From the IMG/VR virus record IMGVR_UViG_3300014208_000033, positions 43,669 through 107,668 of that record: 64,000 nucleotides of DNA, one strand, 5' to 3'. This document shows positions 9,371-17,683 of the stretch, piece after piece. Below the pieces are notes generated by a model, which did no database searches, was not told where the DNA came from, and was given only the letters and a program-made list of their open reading frames with translations. How positions within the stretch are numbered: position 1 is the stretch's first letter; each line of letters starts with the position of its first letter. The translations under genes and the position numbers were made by a program. The stretch comes from a virus.

Positions 9371-10151
9371 TTTTACCAAATCTCTCTTCAAACTCTTTTG
9401 ACCACTTATTGTAGAGTTTCTGCTTGTTACGCTCAAAGTCTTCCACTACTGTAATTCGGTTCTTCCTCTTGAAGTCATCGTAGAACGACAAGAAAATCGG
9501 AAACGACAAATAGTGAAAGTTCTTGTGGAAGTGAGTAAGGATATAATCCCAGTCAACCAATCGAGTGAACTGTTCATCAAATCTGATATCAGACTTAGAG
9601 AAGAAACACTGATTCAAGTCAATTCGATTACTCTGCAACTCAGCCTTAAAGTCCAGGTTAGGCTCAACCCTAAACCCAACGTGGAACAATCCTGGACTGT
9701 TGTGGTAATGCTTCTGCTGCCTGATAACAGCCTGCCCCACGCAAAGGAGGAGTCGTTGAGTAAGAGGCTCAAGCTGAGGATACTGCTTCATCAGCTTAAT
9801 GTGGTCAGTGACTTTCTTCAACGCCTCGATATGATACCAGTTATCACAGTCAAGGAACCCGACGTATGAGCCTGCAACATTCTCAAGGCCAACGTTCCTA
9901 CTGTAGCTCACACCTTTGCGTTTGTTGTTTACGATTATTCGGATTCTTGGATCAGCTAATGCTGCATGCATTTCATCTCTGAGACAACCCTGAGACTTTT
10001 TACCGTCAAAGATGATATTCCACATGAAGTTCGTGTGAGTCTGTGCAAGCATGTTCGTAACACAGACTTGAAAGAGTTCATGGTTTGGCTTGTATACAGG
10101 TGTGATGATAGTGATCTTATCATCTAAGTGTTGCTTAAGATCGACGATCAT
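9333..10151 (-). CDS. Glycosyltransferase family 2
   Basis: ITIITPVYKP, GVSYSRNVGL, FLDCD, DWDY motifs. Confidence 0.9.
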   Translation of the reverse strand: MIVDLKQHLDDKITIITPVYKPNHELFQVCVTNMLAQTHTNFMWNIIFDGKKSQGCLRDEMHAALADPRIRIIVNNKRKGVSYSRNVGLENVAGSYVGFLDCDNWYHIEALKKVTDHIKLMKQYPQLEPLTQRLLLCVGQAVIRQQKHYHNSPGLFHVGFRVEPNLDFKAELQSNRIDLNQCFFSKSDIRFDEQFTRLVDWDYILTHFHKNFHYLSFPIFLSFYDDFKRKNRITVVEDFERNKQKLYNKWSKEFEERFGKNERVIANRPAKV

Positions 10152-11367
10152 TTCGCTTCACAATTCCTTCCGCTGTGAAAAAGTATTTCTTGTCCTTGAG
10201 TGAGAGTTTGTGCTCTGAGATCATGTTAGTAAGTCTCTCAGCCTGGATAGAGTCTCTGATCTCACGCTCGTAGTCAGCCTTCTCATCCTCATCGATGTTA
10301 TAGCTGAACGTCTTACTTCGCTCACTGAGATGATTAAGCACACTCATCCACTTAGGAGCCATCTTGTTAATGTGATAATTTTCCATCACATATTTATAAG
10401 CAGCCTTGCCAACCTCAGTGATCTTTGAACGGTTTTCAATCAGCGACTCAAGAATACCAGGAAAATCCTCAATCTTATCAGCCAAGAAACCATTCTCACC
10501 ATTGACGATATCTTTGTTCCAAAGCTGACAATTAGAACCAACGAAACACCGCTTGAACATACCAGTCTCAAGGAACTTGATATTCGACTTGCACACCGAG
10601 AACTCATTTTCCACCAGCGGGGCAATGCAGATATCGAAGTCGAGACTGAACAGCATATCGTAGAAGTTGTTTGAGTTAACCCACGGGAACAACTGAACCA
10701 TTCCAGTTTTCATCAAATTCAGCGGAGCCCAACCAAGGAAACAGAAATCGACCTTATCGTAATACTTCTTAACTAGTGGAACAAGCAAGTCATCAAGGAC
10801 TTTCCAGTCCTCTTGATGGTGCATTCCACCCCACCAGCCGACAGAGATTTTTCGCTTAGAAATGAAAGAAGAACGCTGACTATCGATCTCAGATTCGCTA
10901 TGAGATTGATATATCGCGTTCGGTATAACAACTATGTTTTCAGTTCTACCAGTAGCCTTAGTCACAGCCTCTTTCAACTGAGGTGTCGTAGTGGTGATGA
11001 TCTCAATCTTAGACAGCGCGAGCTTATGAGTATCGATAGGGTCTTTCTTGGAAGTCCTCTTATACTCAAGCAGATCCCAATAGCAAGGGTTATGTGACGG
11101 CAGGGCGAAGAAGTTATCATCAATATCAACGTATGAAATTGACTTAAACCTATTCACTCTGTTCATCATCTCATCGCCCATTGGACGCTGGAACCCAATC
11201 ACATCAAATTTGTGGTTCTCCCTACCAAACCACTCATAGTCAAGAATAACATCAGAGCCACATGCATCAATCTGATCTAAGTCATTCAAGTGGGCGAGAG
11301 GAATATATCCACGGTAAAAATAACACCCACCGTTATCAGGAGCCAGAAACAGAGGTCTTGGTTTCAT
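10135..11367 (-). CDS. Glycosyltransferase family 4 (GT-B)
   Basis: GCYFYR, DIDD, VIPNAI, DICIAPL...KSNIKFLE, ENGFL; start moved to MKPRP. Confidence 0.85.
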   Translation of the reverse strand: MKPRPLFLAPDNGGCYFYRGYIPLAHLNDLDQIDACGSDVILDYEWFGRENHKFDVIGFQRPMGDEMMNRVNRFKSISYVDIDDNFFALPSHNPCYWDLLEYKRTSKKDPIDTHKLALSKIEIITTTTPQLKEAVTKATGRTENIVVIPNAIYQSHSESEIDSQRSSFISKRKISVGWWGGMHHQEDWKVLDDLLVPLVKKYYDKVDFCFLGWAPLNLMKTGMVQLFPWVNSNNFYDMLFSLDFDICIAPLVENEFSVCKSNIKFLETGMFKRCFVGSNCQLWNKDIVNGENGFLADKIEDFPGILESLIENRSKITEVGKAAYKYVMENYHINKMAPKWMSVLNHLSERSKTFSYNIDEDEKADYEREIRDSIQAERLTNMISEHKLSLKDKKYFFTAEGIVKRNDRRS

Positions 11368-11539
11368 TATTCTCCACCTTTGCGAAAAGCATTGCAGTAT
11401 TGAGGAAAGCAAGTGCAGTAAAGACACCACCAATTACGTTATACCAGAAGAACACATGGTTAAGCATGAATGCAGAGAAAGCAAGTTCAGCAGCAACTAC
11501 GATAGATTGTGCTGTAGCCTTACTAGATGAGTGAGTCAT
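11336..11539 (-). CDS. Small two-TM membrane protein
   Basis: Two hydrophobic segments; start at MTHSS downstream of the tRNA. Confidence 0.45.
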   Translation of the reverse strand: MTHSSSKATAQSIVVAAELAFSAFMLNHVFFWYNVIGGVFTALAFLNTAMLFAKVENNETKTSVSGS

Positions 11540-11552
11540 TGTTAATCCTTTT

Positions 11553-11629
11553 TGGTGGGCGTAGCAGGGTTCAAACCTGCAACTAAACGGGTAGAGGCCG
11601 TTTTCTCTATTCATTTGAGTTATACGCCC
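11553..11629 (-). tRNA. tRNA-Arg(UCU), non-canonical
   Basis: Cloverleaf: acceptor GGGCGTA/TACGCCC-A-CCA, anticodon arm AACGG-CCTCTAC-CCGTT, T-arm GCAGG-TTTGAAC-CCTGC; C33 and no D-loop GG. Confidence 0.75.
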
Positions 11630-11638
11630 AGTAAATTG

Positions 11639-12226
11639 TTACTTCTTCAACTTCAAGAAAATCTCAGTAGGGATGATTCGGCTCAACTGCTTGAAGTCAG
11701 CCTTATGAGTCTCAAAGGTCGGGAGTTCATTCAGAGGCTCGTACTTCTCACCACAGAGATTCTTGATAGCAGTAAGATAGCCGATGTGCTTATCATCAGC
11801 ATCATTTCGAGCCTGAAGAGCAAAAGCGTAACGCCAGTAATACTGCTCACCAATACTCATGAACTCAGCAGCAAGGCTAATTGCTCGACTATTGCTATTA
11901 ACGATCTTGTTGATCCTATCCTTCAGATTAGATAGCACTATTTCATTAAGCAGCCTCGACTTCTTCATCGCATCATATCCACGCTGAAGGTCAATGATGA
12001 AATGAATAGTGCTAGGAAGTCCAGCAATCCTACCGTAACGACGAGTCCTAGAAGTGAAGAGCCCAAAGTAGAAACGACTCTCTTGATTGCGATTATTCGT
12101 AGTACCGAACTCATCATCACTGTCAATGGGCTTGAAGTAGTCTCCACGAAGTTGAACCTTATAGAAGTCATCATCATTACTACGAAGCTTTTCAAGCTTA
12201 TTCATGATCCTACCACTGTACAGCAT
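11639..12226 (-). CDS. Hypothetical protein coupled to the PurA-like gene
   Basis: 195-aa ORF immediately downstream of the PurA-like gene; no motif recognised. Confidence 0.6.
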   Translation of the reverse strand: MLYSGRIMNKLEKLRSNDDDFYKVQLRGDYFKPIDSDDEFGTTNNRNQESRFYFGLFTSRTRRYGRIAGLPSTIHFIIDLQRGYDAMKKSRLLNEIVLSNLKDRINKIVNSNSRAISLAAEFMSIGEQYYWRYAFALQARNDADDKHIGYLTAIKNLCGEKYEPLNELPTFETHKADFKQLSRIIPTEIFLKLKK

Positions 12227-12239
12227 ATCTAACCTTTCT

Positions 12240-13388
12240 TTACATTGTTCTGATGGTTCCGTCAGTTGCTACACCAATGAGAGCACCTTTAGTAAGTTCA
12301 TAAGTTCCAGTACCCCAAGTAACAGGAACAAATCCAGATTCGATCATCTGGTGTCGTTCAGGACCACTACCAAACAAAACACAGGGGGTAGTTAGGTTGT
12401 TCTTCATAAAAGAAGAAAAAGCTTCAAAATTCTTAATTAAGTGCCCACCCCACTTGGAATAAACCCTAAATCCATCAATCTTTTCAATCATATCAGTTTT
12501 AGTGAAGCAAAGACCTGTGACTCCAGCCAACTCAATGACATACTTCAACTCTTCAATATCCAACCACCCAAGCACCATCGGTCGATTATTTGGATCACCG
12601 TATTCGTACTCCATTCCAATAGTACGAATAGTTTCAATTGTCTTACTAAATTCAACTGGTCGGCCCATTCGACCTGCACCAGTACGGGTGTTATATATCT
12701 TGCTAATTCCAAGAATCTCAAGATCACGAAGTTCTTGCCTCATACCAAATGAAGTAAGAACATTGGCAGGCATTGTTCGTTGACTAACAAAAGGATAATC
12801 ACCGTGAACAAGATCAAGCTGAACACTCTGAGAACCTTCAAAGAGAACTCGTTTACCGTTGGAAATGAGATCATTAACAAGATCGAAAGTATTTACAATG
12901 AACACACCTTCAATAGAACTAAGAGTTTCATTTCCAAGAACAGTCATAGCAGTTCGATTAGCTCGTCGTGCAGCGGCGGGGCCAATACCTTTACCAGTAG
13001 TTAAAAGGCCGTCGTTAGGATGATCAGCCTTGATATCTTCATCGGTAATTACGATACACTTCTTATCGATGTAGAGATCAAACTTCACATCAGGATTAGT
13101 CTTACGAACGTAATCAATCTCGATTTCGAGAGTCTTGGGATTTACATAGCACTCAGGTCCAATGATGCACATCTTACCAGAAGCACAACCAGAAGGAAGG
13201 TGATTAAGTTCAAGCCGAATCTTATCATTGATCTTGATTCCGTGTCCAGCATTAGGACCACCGGTAAATCGAACAACTGCATCGTAGTTCTTGTTAGAAG
13301 CAAGATAGTCAATAACTTTACCCTTGCCTTCGTCTCCATGTGTAATACCAACGACACAGAGGCATTGACGATCAAACATCTTCTTCAC
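12240..13388 (-). CDS. purA: Adenylosuccinate synthetase (PurA)-like ligase, divergent
   Basis: GDEGKGK P-loop, GGPNAGH, TTGKGIGP, FEGSQ...GDYPFV, GWLD, TKTD; aspartate-binding loop altered. Confidence 0.85.
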   Translation of the reverse strand: MKKMFDRQCLCVVGITHGDEGKGKVIDYLASNKNYDAVVRFTGGPNAGHGIKINDKIRLELNHLPSGCASGKMCIIGPECYVNPKTLEIEIDYVRKTNPDVKFDLYIDKKCIVITDEDIKADHPNDGLLTTGKGIGPAAARRANRTAMTVLGNETLSSIEGVFIVNTFDLVNDLISNGKRVLFEGSQSVQLDLVHGDYPFVSQRTMPANVLTSFGMRQELRDLEILGISKIYNTRTGAGRMGRPVEFSKTIETIRTIGMEYEYGDPNNRPMVLGWLDIEELKYVIELAGVTGLCFTKTDMIEKIDGFRVYSKWGGHLIKNFEAFSSFMKNNLTTPCVLFGSGPERHQMIESGFVPVTWGTGTYELTKGALIGVATDGTIRTM

Positions 13389-13620
13389 CTTTCACTGTAA
13401 TTGAGTTAGCAACGTTAGGAAGAACTGACATTCTAGTTGACATTGAAACGATCTCGATGCCTTTATTGTATTTATCAATCTTCAAATTGAAATTTCCAAA
13501 CTTAGTCTTTATGATGAAGTTATCAGATATGACAACATAACTTTCTTGTGGAAGTGATTTATAGTAACCAACCTTAGACTTCTTCAACTTACATCTTATT
13601 TCTTCAAAGTAAATCTTCAT
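13372..13620 (-). CDS. Hypothetical protein
   Basis: AGGAG RBS; overlaps the PurA-like start. Confidence 0.6.
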   Translation of the reverse strand: MKIYFEEIRCKLKKSKVGYYKSLPQESYVVISDNFIIKTKFGNFNLKIDKYNKGIEIVSMSTRMSVLPNVANSITVKGEEDV

Positions 13621-13640
13621 CGTTTCTCCTAAGATATAAA

Positions 13641-13831
13641 TGTTCTCACCGGCTAGAGTTTCTTACTCTAGTTCTTCCAAACTTTCATAGCTTAAAGATT
13701 ACTGTTGGGCTACCCATGCAATTTCGCGGTAATGGGTTAGTTGAGTGGAACGCCTAGTTCTCAACTATTACAGAATCTTTAACTGAAAGACTAATGGCTG
13801 TTTTAGACTCATGAAACTAACGGTGAGAACA
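13641..13831. ncRNA. Candidate ~190-nt multibranch structured RNA (copy 1)
   Basis: 11-bp closing stem TGTTCTCACCG/CGGTGAGAACA enclosing at least 5 nested helices; 13 nt 3' of tRNA-Ser. Confidence 0.7.
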
Positions 13832-13844
13832 AGAAAATTGACTA

Positions 13845-13932
13845 TGGCGGATGCTGTAGGATTTGAACCCACGAATGGTTTCCCATTGCCGCATTTCAAG
13901 TGCGGTGCCATCAGCCGCTCGGCCAAGCATCC
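13845..13932 (-). tRNA. tRNA-Ser(UGA)
   Basis: Anticodon arm CCGCA-CTTGAAA-TGCGG, long variable arm, G73-CCA. Confidence 0.95.
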
Positions 13933-13935
13933 AGT

Positions 13936-14010
13936 TGGAGCCGACGATTGGATTTGAACCAACAACTTACTGATTACAAATCAGTTACGCTACCGTTGCG
14001 TCACGCCGGC
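13936..14010 (-). tRNA. tRNA-Thr(UGU)
   Basis: Anticodon arm ACTGA-TTTGTAA-TCAGT, encoded CCA. Confidence 0.95.
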
Positions 14011-14032
14011 TCGTTCTACCTCTTACACATGT

Positions 14033-14061
14033 ATAATACTCTAATCTTCAACTGGAGCCAA
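14033..14061 (-). promoter_or_regulatory. Sigma70-like promoter for the tRNA/ncRNA/modification operon
   Basis: TTGGCT-17 nt-TATTAT on the - strand; same GTATTAT -10 recurs at 19256, 49713 and 49775. Confidence 0.55.
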
Positions 14062-14466
14062 CAATATCTTATGGTTGAATTTGATAGTCCCATCTTCATC
14101 TATTACTATAAGAAGTTTGTTCTTCTTCTTAGCCCAGTTTATCGAGTTGAGTGTTCCATGAGACTTCAAATCCCAAAAGGCTACACATATGTCACAGTCA
14201 TCTACTATCTTTTCGTTTCTGATGAAGCCGGCGGCCTTACCTAATGTCTTCCAATCTGGCTTGTAAATCTTAGTTGGAACAGAACACATACTAGCTATGT
14301 TCTCAGCACACTTATCAACACCGTTAGCACCACCCGAAACAACAATACAGTTCTCAGGAAGATGTTTAACGAAGTTCTCCACTAACTTGAGATTACCGTA
14401 ATCCCTAGACCCGACTATCGCTATTCGGAGTTTCTTTGGAGACTTGTTTTTCATAATGATACCCAC
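14041..14466 (-). CDS. SLOG-family (YspA/DUF2493-like) protein
   Basis: IAIVGSRDY, VVSGGANGVD, AAGFIRN, AFWD..SHGT. Confidence 0.85.
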   Translation of the reverse strand: MGIIMKNKSPKKLRIAIVGSRDYGNLKLVENFVKHLPENCIVVSGGANGVDKCAENIASMCSVPTKIYKPDWKTLGKAAGFIRNEKIVDDCDICVAFWDLKSHGTLNSINWAKKKNKLLIVIDEDGTIKFNHKILLAPVED

Positions 14467-14592
14467 ACTTACAATGTACTAGCACGGTTTCTGATTTCCA
14501 TGTTGGTAATTCTATTTCATCAACATGAAAAGCATCAAAGTTACCGCACCTTGAACAGTAATACTTTGTTCCATAACATTTGTGTTTAATAC

Positions 14593-14994
14593 TCATAGTT
14601 TCTTAAAATGACACCCGTTCTCATCTCTATGAATATTGAATATCCATTTACCTATATCACCTGCCCCGGTTGTAGCAAATGGGTCTGTTCCAAATTTTAC
14701 TTCTTCTGAAGTATCTGGATTACAACTAAAACCGTAAGGTTCTTCAGAACTGTTTGAAGGAAACACGATCAGTGTAGTTCGTGTTTTGTTTATCCACTCT
14801 GCTCGTATATCTCCATCAGGAGACGGTACAAGCCAGGGAACTTCTATATCGTAAAAAGCTAAAGCACCTTCTATGTAACAACTGACTCGATCTATGTGTT
14901 CTTTCGTAAAAGCTTTTCCGTCACCATCAAACCAACCGTCTTCCAAACCGGCTATCTTGTTTAACTCTTGCTGTAACTTTTCATTCATACACAT
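14593..14994 (-). CDS. Hypothetical protein
   Basis: Packed ORF with LEDGWFDGDG and PSPDGDIRAEW segments. Confidence 0.6.
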   Translation of the reverse strand: MCMNEKLQQELNKIAGLEDGWFDGDGKAFTKEHIDRVSCYIEGALAFYDIEVPWLVPSPDGDIRAEWINKTRTTLIVFPSNSSEEPYGFSCNPDTSEEVKFGTDPFATTGAGDIGKWIFNIHRDENGCHFKKL

Positions 14995-15886
14995 ACTCTC
15001 TTTTCAGACTCTTCCAGAGTTTGTAGGATTTGATATCACAAGGGTCACAGCCTTCGGGGAGGTAGATGCGGTTGAGGTCAACTAAACCTCTCAGTTGACT
15101 TGCTAGGAGTTTGGTGCCTGCTTCCCCGGCCTCGTCTGAGTCGAGACAGAGGTAGACTTTGGACCAGTGTTTGAGTATTAGGTTGATTTGTTCTGTAGAG
15201 GGCTTTGATCCAGATAATGATACTGATGGTTCTCCGTGTTGTAATACACGCCAGGTATCTCTCGGACCTTCACAAATGATGACATAAGGTTTTGATTTGG
15301 ATATATCGATTCCGTAAAGGTAATGCTTTTTGGGGAACTCATATTTGTACTTTCCATGAAGATATTTGAGAGCATAGCCAACACAGCGATCATTATGCAT
15401 GTATGGAAGGATAAGAGAATCAGAGTGCAGAAAGTTTCCCATAGGATCTTTTGCAAGATCGATACCGACACCAAGAGTATGAAGTACGTCAACATCGAAT
15501 TTGTTCTCCAAGACGTGAGGATGGTTGTACGGTATCAATTTGTAAGTCTTAGGAAGTTTAACTTCCTGTTCCACGAACTTAAAGTTCTCGACTGGATCAT
15601 CAGCAAACACATCAGTCGGATCATAGTGGAACTTATTGGTTAGAATATACTTAGCTCTGTCGTAAGTAACTTCAGCTATGAGCGTTACGAACTTAGTGAT
15701 TGTCCCTGATTGCCCACAGTCAGCAGAGTAGCAATGCCACTTACCAGTTCGCGCATTGATTGAAGAGTTATGCTTTTGATGGCCTGAGGATTGGTGAAAC
15801 GGGCAGAGGTACTTTAACTCGTCGTCACATCGATGCACAATTGGTACATCGTAGTAGTTAAAGACTTCTTCGACGGGAGGACGCAT
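14981..15886 (-). CDS. DNA primase (CHC2 zinc finger + TOPRIM)
   Basis: CPFH...WHCYSADC; IICEGPRD; LCLDSDEAG; start moved to MRPPV. Confidence 0.9.
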   Translation of the reverse strand: MRPPVEEVFNYYDVPIVHRCDDELKYLCPFHQSSGHQKHNSSINARTGKWHCYSADCGQSGTITKFVTLIAEVTYDRAKYILTNKFHYDPTDVFADDPVENFKFVEQEVKLPKTYKLIPYNHPHVLENKFDVDVLHTLGVGIDLAKDPMGNFLHSDSLILPYMHNDRCVGYALKYLHGKYKYEFPKKHYLYGIDISKSKPYVIICEGPRDTWRVLQHGEPSVSLSGSKPSTEQINLILKHWSKVYLCLDSDEAGEAGTKLLASQLRGLVDLNRIYLPEGCDPCDIKSYKLWKSLKREYVYE

Positions 15887-16108
15887 AATACTCTCGTATA
15901 TCCTCAGGAGTCCAGAGTTCACCTGTTTGAAAGTCCAAGATATTTTGGTCGTTCTTATCAAGAAAATACTCGCAAAGGAGGCTGTGAAATCTGACCTTTG
16001 ATAAGGACGAATAATCATCGGAAGTCAGTTCTACTCCATGAGGAAACACCCTCATTTTACTTCCACCTATGATTGGAACAAATTGAATGCAGAAGAACAC
16101 ACCACAAC

Positions 16109-16726
16109 TCATGGTAAGTACCTCATAAACAGTTTAGTCAAGTGACAAGAGGTTTCAATCTCGCTAAGAGTCCAGAAGTTCTTTCCCTTAACGTAGTCAA
16201 TGTACTGCTTTTTGATTAGATGCCTAATCACATTGTTGATCCTGGTAGTGGAGAAAACGAATTCCGAATATTCGGAAAGCAGCGCCGAGTCTTTGCAGGC
16301 GATGAGATTTTCTCCGACAAGTAAAACCGAAACATCTGACGGATTCTTAATCTGCTTGAAGAAGGAGCCAACCTTTGCGAAGAGTTGCTTTCGTGATTGC
16401 AGAAATCGGTCAACGTAAACAGAGAAAATCGAAGCATAGATCCCCCCTATGCTCAGAACAACATTCTTCACTTCATCGAGTCCTCTATCGTCAGTATCAA
16501 CTGAGTAGTTGATGTTATAGTCTCTGAACAGGTTGAACCAATACTGCTTACCAAGCTTCTTCTTCAAGATGTAGTTACGCTCTGGATTCTTGGAGTTCCA
16601 GTAGTTGAAGATCAACGGTAAGCACTTGATGGAGAATGTAGGATTGACGAGATTAAGATCCTTCACTCTCCAAGTTTCCAGGGTATCTCGTCTAACAAAT
16701 CGTCGGTCACTGAAGGATCGTGGCAT
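16109..16726 (-). CDS. Hypothetical protein
   Basis: 205-aa ORF in the replication operon. Confidence 0.6.
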   Translation of the reverse strand: MPRSFSDRRFVRRDTLETWRVKDLNLVNPTFSIKCLPLIFNYWNSKNPERNYILKKKLGKQYWFNLFRDYNINYSVDTDDRGLDEVKNVVLSIGGIYASIFSVYVDRFLQSRKQLFAKVGSFFKQIKNPSDVSVLLVGENLIACKDSALLSEYSEFVFSTTRINNVIRHLIKKQYIDYVKGKNFWTLSEIETSCHLTKLFMRYLP

Positions 16727-17070
16727 TTGATGACTCCGATGATCTTATGCAAATTATCATAAGTGCTTTCAAGGATATGACCTATATCTAAGTGAAGTCC
16801 ATCATCATCGGTCTTGAACGCAAAGGAGGGTTTGATGATGCCTAAGCCTGAGACGTTGAAGTTTTTCTTGTGAAGAAGTGTCTCAAAGAAACACTGTTGG
16901 AAAATCTCATAGAGTGAGTCAAGTGTCGGCTCGTCTAGGTTAGTGAAGCGGAGCAATTTCTTGAAGATGTTTTTGTTGAAGTTGAATGTCTCATGATCTT
17001 TAGTGTGCTCTTGTTTGAGCCATGAGTCAATTTTGTAGTTGCTGCCGTATTTCTTACGACTTGGGTTCAT
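16663..17070 (-). CDS. Possible HU/IHF-like DNA-binding protein
   Basis: Helix followed by FNVSGLGII, resembling the HU GFGxF turn. Confidence 0.35.
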   Translation of the reverse strand: MNPSRKKYGSNYKIDSWLKQEHTKDHETFNFNKNIFKKLLRFTNLDEPTLDSLYEIFQQCFFETLLHKKNFNVSGLGIIKPSFAFKTDDDGLHLDIGHILESTYDNLHKIIGVIKCHDPSVTDDLLDEIPWKLGE

Positions 17071-17683
17071 TGAATATCACATCAGATCGAGTCTTAACAA
17101 TGTCTAACATCTTCTGAAGCATCTCTTTGATTTCCCACTGAGCGCCGTCTTTCCAGAGACGAAGCTTCAGAACGTGAAGAAGAGTTCTAGCATTCCAGGT
17201 GACAAGAATTGAGGTCTTAGCTGCACCTGGAAGTAAGTAACGGGCGTCCTCAAGTGGAATACCCTTGTCAATCATCTCATTGTATACGTCATACAGATCA
17301 TTCACACAATCAAGATATTTCAAACCAAGTTCAGGATTATCGAAAATGGATTGAGGAACAATAGGATCGTTTTCTTGTTTGCAATACCTCATCGACAACT
17401 GATGGTATGAAGCTATTCGGTGCCTAACTAACTGATGAGAACAACACCGTGAGATACCTTCAACTAAGAAGGTGAACGAGTGATGCTCAAGCAAGCTTGA
17501 GTGATCCATGTCGATCACGAACTTCTTAATGAACCTGGAGACTTTTTCAAGTTCCGAATTTTCGGAACCGTCATGCTTATTATGACAAATCTTTGCAGCG
17601 TAGTAAGTAAGTTTCTCTAAGTCTGTATCACTATATTCATTGAGCTTGAGAAACTTCGTCTCAGCTATCAGTTCTACTTTCAC
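17054..17683 (-). CDS. thyX: Flavin-dependent thymidylate synthase
   Basis: HSSLLEH, SHQLVRHR..SYHQLSMRY (RHRx7S), EDARYLLP, AQWEI. Confidence 0.95.
   Translation of the reverse strand: MKVELIAETKFLKLNEYSDTDLEKLTYYAAKICHNKHDGSENSELEKVSRFIKKFVIDMDHSSLLEHHSFTFLVEGISRCCSHQLVRHRIASYHQLSMRYCKQENDPIVPQSIFDNPELGLKYLDCVNDLYDVYNEMIDKGIPLEDARYLLPGAAKTSILVTWNARTLLHVLKLRLWKDGAQWEIKEMLQKMLDIVKTRSDVIFNEPKS

Noticed and set aside
11553-11629. Amber suppressor tRNA (CUA) and stop-codon recoding
   Set aside because: The anticodon stem only pairs with UCU centred; long genes are intact in the standard code and TAG is used as a stop
12240-13388. PurZ / 2-aminoadenine (Z) genome pathway
   Set aside because: The P-loop keeps Asp (GDEGKG) rather than the PurZ Ser, the GTP-type TKxD motif is kept, and no DatZ/MazZ-like partner was recognised in the window
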